A stretch of 63,631 nucleotides of DNA, the filler included, from Nemertoderma westbladi (lineage: Eukaryota > Animalia > Xenacoelomorpha): the NCBI GenBank assembly GCA_032718475.1. It is 3 parts of 3 records of this genome, joined end to end, with 100 filler letters (N's around TTAATTAATTAA, not from the genome) between each part and the next. Parts side by side here need not be neighbours in the genome. Positions count along the whole stretch, not along the records: positions 60,186 to 63,631 come from JAUCBJ010005044.1; 2 more parts are not named here. The stretch is one strand, 5' to 3'. Position 1 is the stretch's first letter, and each line of letters begins with the position of its first letter. This document shows, in pieces, positions 60,736-63,631 of this stretch. Below the pieces are notes generated by a model. It was not told where the DNA came from, ran no database searches, and saw only the letters and a list, made by a program, of their open reading frames with translations. The translations under genes were made by a program, and so were the position numbers.

Positions 60736-61425
60736 TATTGTTATTACTAATAGCATTTCTTCCAGTTTAAAATAAACGTAGATTAGGTAGGCCTACGATA
60801 CAAAGATACAGCAGCACAGTCGGAAAGTTGGTGAACTCCAAAAAACTTGTTTATCTCGTTGTCCTAGCAACCACTCAGTTTCCAATGTTACCTAAGCTAA
60901 TGCTATTCCGAGTTGTTTTCTCTGCTACATGACCCCCCCCCCCCCCCCCCCCCCCAAACGCGGAATAGTGGGGTTGTCATATATTCAATAAAATAGTTTG
61001 GTGGTCGAAATTCTCGGCTTGACCGGGTTAGGACTGGGCCTGTGCTGTGACCTTGAGATTGGGGCGGCGGTGCAGTTACTTGTTGTGGCGCAGTGGTTGT
61101 AGGAGGTCGACCACGGCGTCGTGATTGGCCGAGAGAAGGTGGCTCCGTCCAATCGAGATGGGCCGGTTTCAGTCTGTCAATAGATATGACTTCATTTCGG
61201 CCACCCATGTCGATTTGAAAGTACTTGGGTCCTGGTATTGTTATTACTAATAGCATTTCTTCCAGTTTAAAATAAACGTAGATTAGGTAGGCCTACGGTA
61301 CATAGATACAGCAGCACAGTCGGAAAATTGGTGAACTCCAACTTGTTTATCTCGTTGCCCTAGCAACCACTCAGTTTCCAATGTTACCTAAGCTAATACT
61401 ATTCTGAGTTGTTTTCTCTGCTACA
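60736..61425 (-). mobile_element. Gypsy-type LTR retrotransposon remnant
   Basis: ~190-bp direct repeats (60736-60929, 61236-61425) starting TGTAGC on the minus strand; G-rich PPT at 60933-60955; integrase C-terminal motif EVISIDRLKPAH between them. Confidence 0.8.
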
Positions 61426-62484
61426 ACATACAGTATTACTTTTAAAACACAAATTTTATGTTAATACCTCTGCCTTTCATCAATCTTGTGTGAGCCTTTG
61501 GGTTGGGGTGGTGCAGATAAAGGGGGAGTTTAAGAGCGGGGGGGGGGGGGGGGGGGGGGGGGGGTGGTTTTTCCCTCTCTATGATTTATTGGTGTTTGGT
61601 TAAATTTCTTAGATAACAAGTTTGTGATACAGTAGAATCGCTCAATAATATTAATCTGTATCTCATAACTGAGCCTCGTGCTGCGCGGAGGCGAACGAAC
61701 CCAATATGAAATGTCAGAATAATTAACCATACAGTAGGCCTAGGCCTAGTATAATTATAATTGTTCGCTGAGATCGCTTGCAGTTCTGCCCACTCATGTA
61801 AACTTACGACTTAGGCGTATGCTATGATTTATATATACTATTGAAATCTATCAATCAATGTGTTTTATTATTTATTTCGACATACGATTTATCAGTGTAG
61901 CACGGGCATTTCGGAGTCACAGGTGTTCGTTCGCTAATTACCTATAAAATCGACGAGCAATACATTGAAATCAGTTGTGCTAAATCAAACCAGTGTACGC
62001 CCTTACCCACGGCGTAGCGTACAGAAACCCGAGGCTCAATACTTTTGATCCCTGACGTCCTTTGATTTATTTGAAATCTATCACATTTAAACCACCTCGT
62101 ATTGTACAGTATCTTCAACCCTGTCATGTTCCTTCCTATAATTTTTTCCACACGAAAAGTCAAAACGACGGATTTTTTTAAAAGATTTCGCCATTTGCAG
62201 TACTCCGGGTACTCCAGTACTCTTGTACTACGTCTTAACAACAATACTTTATGCCTATGAGCTTGCATACGGGTGCTTATTTGCACAGTAAGGCACTGCT
62301 TCGAGCTGCAGGGTAATTAAATATAAAATAAGAAAATACAACTTCTTTATTTATATAAACTTTTTTTCTTTATAATTGAAATAAACAGACTTCAATAAAA
62401 ATAAATTTATAATTACCACTACAGTACTCGGCATGCTGTATTGCAGCTGCATTATAGATATATATATATTACATATATTAAGAA

Positions 62485-63631
62485 TACTACTACTAGGATC
62501 GGCATGCTGCATTGCAGCTGCATTTTTAAGAATGCTGTGCCGGCTTGTCAACAAAATTGCACCGCCACAACTCCCTATCACCCATGACATTTGCTAGATC
62601 ATCCGCATCTTTAAGGCCAGTGTCCTTTAAGATGCGTCTCAAGAAAGTCATGGGCTGTCCACCATGCTTATTCACTCCATGAGGCTGCCAAAGCACAAGA
62701 TTATGCACTGGCTGGTCCTCACGGCGAAAGCAATGTCCTGCAAAGCGGAGGCGATTTTGTTCTAGTGTCAAGCTTGGGGGAACCAATGAGACACCTCCAA
62801 TGTTATATAGTGTCTGGTTGGAGATGTGTGCATTGTACTTGACACAATGAACCCGGCGCAGCATTCTTGTGAATGTGCCATCCAGAGATTTGGTGTCCTC
62901 AGCAGTTAGAGCCCAGCATGGACTCCCGTAGAGGAGTACTGGAACTACTGCTGCTCTAAATAATCGGACCTTAAGTTTCCGATTAATTCTCGGTGACTTC
63001 CAAATCCTGGAAAGCCTATTCAAGGCTGCCCATGCCTTTCCCTTACGTATTCGAAGGTCCTCACCTGACTTCCGGATCCATGATCCCAGGTAACAGAAGT
63101 CGTCCACATGCTCAAGCATACCATCCTTTGAGCTTATGCTCATCCGATCAGAGACTTGCTGAGGACTTTCAAAGTTAACTGTCAGAATTTTGGTCTTTCT
63201 GGAGTTAATAAAAAGACCAACACTAGAAGCAGCATGTTCTAATGAGCTGAGGAGCCGCTGGGCTCCCTCTAATGATTCTGAGAGTACTCCTAAGTCATCA
63301 GCAAAGTCTAGATCAGTTAGGTACTTGGCAGGATTTCCTCGACTTCTGGAGCCAGTAGGTGGAGTTATCATCACCCCATCATCATTATGATGATCTAAGG
63401 ACATGCGTAGAACATAGTCAACCACAATAATGAACAAGAATGGTGCAAGTGTGTCTCCTTGGAGGACGCCCCATAACACTTCAAATGGTTCTGTGTCACC
63501 GTCAACAGTAGACACAAATGTTGTCGAACCATCGTATACTGATCTGATTGCTGCAATAATTTCATCAGGAATCCCATATAATGAAAGTATGCTGAACATA
63601 CGTGAGCGAGAGACTGAATCAAAGGCCTTGA
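62485..63631 (-). mobile_element. RTE family B, RT and 3' end, runs off the window
   Basis: 357-aa open frame with GVLQGDTLAPFLF, DLDFADDL, FCYLGS, LRFAGHC; (TAG)n tail at 62485-62495. Confidence 0.95.

Overview
This is eukaryotic (AT-rich, invertebrate-like) genomic DNA, not prokaryotic. It consists of three contigs joined by two artificial 100-bp linkers (N44-TTAATTAATTAA-N44 at 30838-30937 and 60086-60185), so adjacency across those points is not evidence. Most of the window is nested, decayed transposable elements: a Mutator-like transposase relic, CR1/L2-group LINE fragments, two RTE-clade LINE families (several copies each), a CRE-type RT/RLE retrotransposon, an RTEX-like LINE, BEL/Pao and Gypsy remnants, piggyBac-, P-, hAT- and Helentron-like non-autonomous elements, a tRNA-derived Nin/Deu-core SINE, and two degenerate hammerhead-ribozyme cores. 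There are many minisatellites. One host gene is visible: six phase-compatible exons of an ankyrin-repeat protein on the + strand (47397-57633), incomplete at both ends. The two most notable observations are: (1) two unrelated non-LTR retrotransposons each carry a Ulp1/SENP-like (peptidase C48) protease domain; (2) several tandem arrays are seeded at functional boundaries, namely exon ends/5' splice sites of the ankyrin gene, a transposon terminal inverted repeat, and the inside of a small inverted repeat. All family assignments come from motifs recognised by eye; no database search was run.
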